NCBI RefSeq assembly: GCF_964204645.1
Contig: NC_134028.1
Location: 15,321,653 to 15,385,652, forward strand
Direction of reading: 5' to 3'
From: Tubulanus polymorphus
Lineage: Eukaryota > Animalia > Nemertea
Length of the DNA: 64,000 nucleotides
Part shown: positions 62,189-64,000 of the stretch, piece after piece
How positions within the stretch are numbered: the stretch's first letter is position 1
Layout: every line of letters begins with the position of its first letter
Program-made: the position numbers and the translations under genes
Notes under the pieces: generated by a model
Told to the model about the DNA's origin: nothing
The model's input: only the letters and a program-made list of their open reading frames with translations
The model's database searches: none

Positions 62189-62261
62189 CAGGGGGGACTA
62201 TTTCCTGATGGGGTTTCCACTGCCCCCCTGAAAACCCCGCTTCTCGTTTCCCTGGTTTCCC
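62189..62261 (-). promoter_or_regulatory. -1 ribosomal frameshift signal: G GGA AAC slippery sites plus H-type pseudoknot
   Basis: GGGAAAC at 62255-62261 and 62246-62252; 7-nt spacer; S1 GGGGTTTT/GAAACCCC; S2 CAGGGGGG/CCCCCCTG; -1 frame open into pol. Confidence 0.85.
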
Positions 62262-63316
62262 TTAGGTAGGTGGCAGTTACTTGAATAGTGACCACTCCCC
62301 CCGCAATTATAGCATTTAACTTGTGGGCACAAGTTTTTGGGGTGGTCTGCATCCCTGCAACGCCAACATTTGTCATCGGCGGGTGGTCGACGATTGCCAT
62401 TACCAGAGACAACTGCTTCCAAATGGCCTACTCGAGTCATCAGCGTTCCCATCATCGACTTCAATTCGTCGAGTTGTTTGGTTATGGCTGAGCTAGTCGA
62501 GTCGAGCTGGGTCTGGTTAACGGATACTTTTTGTTTATGAGTCGTGCCCTCAGTCAACCGTCTCGCTGTTTCCAGAGTCCGTGCTTGAGCGACTGCTGCA
62601 GCCAACGAACTTGGCTGGGCCGCATACATTGACTGCTTCGCTGAGACGGGTAGGCTATTACCTTTAAGGAATTGGTCTTTGGCCAATTCATCCTGCAGCT
62701 CGAAGGCAATGCCAGGGTATGCGTTCCTTGCCAGCTCTGCTAACTCGTCGGCATAGCGTTCCACAGATTCAGTTGTCTTTTGGTCCCTCCCATTCAACAA
62801 CATCTTAAAGTCATCCACAGTCTTTGTTTGTTGGAAACGGGATGATAGCCGCCGACAGAAATCATCATACGACAGGCTCGAGTCAAGACGTAGGTTCGAG
62901 ACAGCCTGGTATGCCTCATGGTCAAGTCGCATCATCAGGTGTGATTTACGCTGTTCGCCCCCGTTGATGCGAGAACTAATTTGGGCCAGGTCAGCGAACG
63001 CGTCAAACCTTTCGAGCCAAACGCGGAAATTGTGTCCCATGGTATAGGGCTTGGGTGCCGGAATATTGTGCATTTTCGGGGTGGGTGCATCTCTCGTCAC
63101 GACCCTCTCCATCACTTCAGTCAGTCGCTGGAGGATGGAATCCTCAGATGTTTTCAAATTTTCGGCTTTTGTCTTCGTTGGACGGCCACGTTTTGGTTTT
63201 AACGAGAGGTTACCCTCCCCATTAACCAGGAGGTCATGATGTGCAGCTCCGGACGTTGGTGACATAGGCCTAGATAAGGCCAAGGGCTCACACACATCAT
63301 TCTCAACATCCGACAT
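62198..63316 (-). CDS. gag: Gag with CCHC zinc knuckles
   Basis: FRVWLERF, Q...ESVERYADEL, CWRCRDADHPKNLC, CYNCGGSGHYSSNC. Confidence 0.94.
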   Translation of the reverse strand: MSDVENDVCEPLALSRPMSPTSGAAHHDLLVNGEGNLSLKPKRGRPTKTKAENLKTSEDSILQRLTEVMERVVTRDAPTPKMHNIPAPKPYTMGHNFRVWLERFDAFADLAQISSRINGGEQRKSHLMMRLDHEAYQAVSNLRLDSSLSYDDFCRRLSSRFQQTKTVDDFKMLLNGRDQKTTESVERYADELAELARNAYPGIAFELQDELAKDQFLKGNSLPVSAKQSMYAAQPSSLAAAVAQARTLETARRLTEGTTHKQKVSVNQTQLDSTSSAITKQLDELKSMMGTLMTRVGHLEAVVSGNGNRRPPADDKCWRCRDADHPKNLCPQVKCYNCGGSGHYSSNCHLPKGNQGNEKRGFQGGSGNPIRK

Positions 63317-63536
63317 AATTACTATTCTTTTATATAAATGACACAGAAAATACAGGACCGCAAATAAATGTAGGGGAAACAGGCACTTAAAAATACTAAA
63401 TATGTACTAGGAATTACGAAGTAGGTAAAAAAATACGTTAAGTACACACAAAAAGTAACAGTAATTTACACAGACTAAACGGAGGAAAACGTGTTCACCG
63501 CTTCAACTCAATTTCAACTGGTTTTTTCACAATCAA

Positions 63537-63554
63537 ATCCCACCGCTGCCACCA
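63537..63554 (-). promoter_or_regulatory. Primer-binding site, tRNA-Leu type
   Basis: TGGTGGCAGCGGTGGGAT 2 nt after the 5' LTR. Confidence 0.85.
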
Positions 63555-63556
63555 GA

Positions 63557-63748
63557 TGTAACGAGGTCCTATTCTGCCTGTTCCACAGTAGAAGTTTCCT
63601 CCAAATATCGACTCTGAGAGCCCAAAAACCAGTAAAAAGGCGGACAAAAGATATTAACACAATCACCTATTGTTCTGTATTTTCGAGAGAGAGGGCAGCA
63701 CCCTCCAGTTACAACATAGAAAACGACTGATGGACATATTCCATCACA
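63557..63748 (-). repeat. 5' LTR
   Basis: TGTGATGG...CGTTACA on minus strand. Confidence 0.97.
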
Positions 63749-64000
63749 CCATGTTCTGTAGAGTTCGGCAAGCACTTGCGGTTGCTATAAATAAACACAG
63801 TTCGTGAAGACTAGGTTCTGACAGTTATCTCTTAATTAAGTTTGAATTAATGTTTTTTATACCTGCATGATTTTTGCTTGTTTAACATTTAGCTTAGTCC
63901 AGGAATCTCGTTCTATATAAGATTTGATCAATCCTGGTACCATCCGAATATGATTATCATCTCTTCTTTGAGTTTCACGATTCCACATACTTTTTATTTC

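Larger units (their letters stand above)
55843..63748 (-). mobile_element. Gypsy/Ty3 LTR retrotransposon, full length, recent
   Basis: 192-bp LTRs TG...CA with no differences seen; PBS, PPT, gag, PR-RT-RH-INT order. Confidence 0.97.

Overview
AT-rich eukaryotic genomic DNA (metazoan, probably an aquatic invertebrate; GT-AG introns) made almost entirely of nested mobile elements. Two related, decaying Maverick/Polinton (polintovirus) proviruses lie head-to-head: copy A (<1-16686, far end outside the window) and copy B (25315-~53692, about 18 kb without insertions, right end clipped). Both carry pPolB, rve integrase, an A32-like ATPase, major and minor capsid genes and several small membrane proteins; no adenain protease is visible. 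Between them sit a spliced HECT (G2E3-like) gene with a hAT transposon in an intron and the tail of a convergent integrase-like gene. Copy B is interrupted by a 9.1-kb P-superfamily transposon (236-bp TIRs, 7-bp TSD) carrying a Pif1-helicase/PHD gene, and by a Helentron-like insert. To the right, a second P-like element is split by a young Gypsy LTR retrotransposon with identical 192-bp LTRs, a -1 frameshift pseudoknot and an extra SGNH-esterase ORF. The most notable signals are (1) long fold-back hairpins at the Polinton ends whose mismatches are G.T wobbles and tandem G.A pairs on the 3'-terminal strand only, suggesting a self-priming ssDNA structure, and (2) poxvirus-like late/intermediate promoter motifs (T-run-N6/7-TAAATG; A-run...TAAATG) in the ~20-bp intergenic spacers, suggesting a virophage-like dependence on a cytoplasmic helper virus. 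All family calls rest on motif recognition by eye, not database searches.
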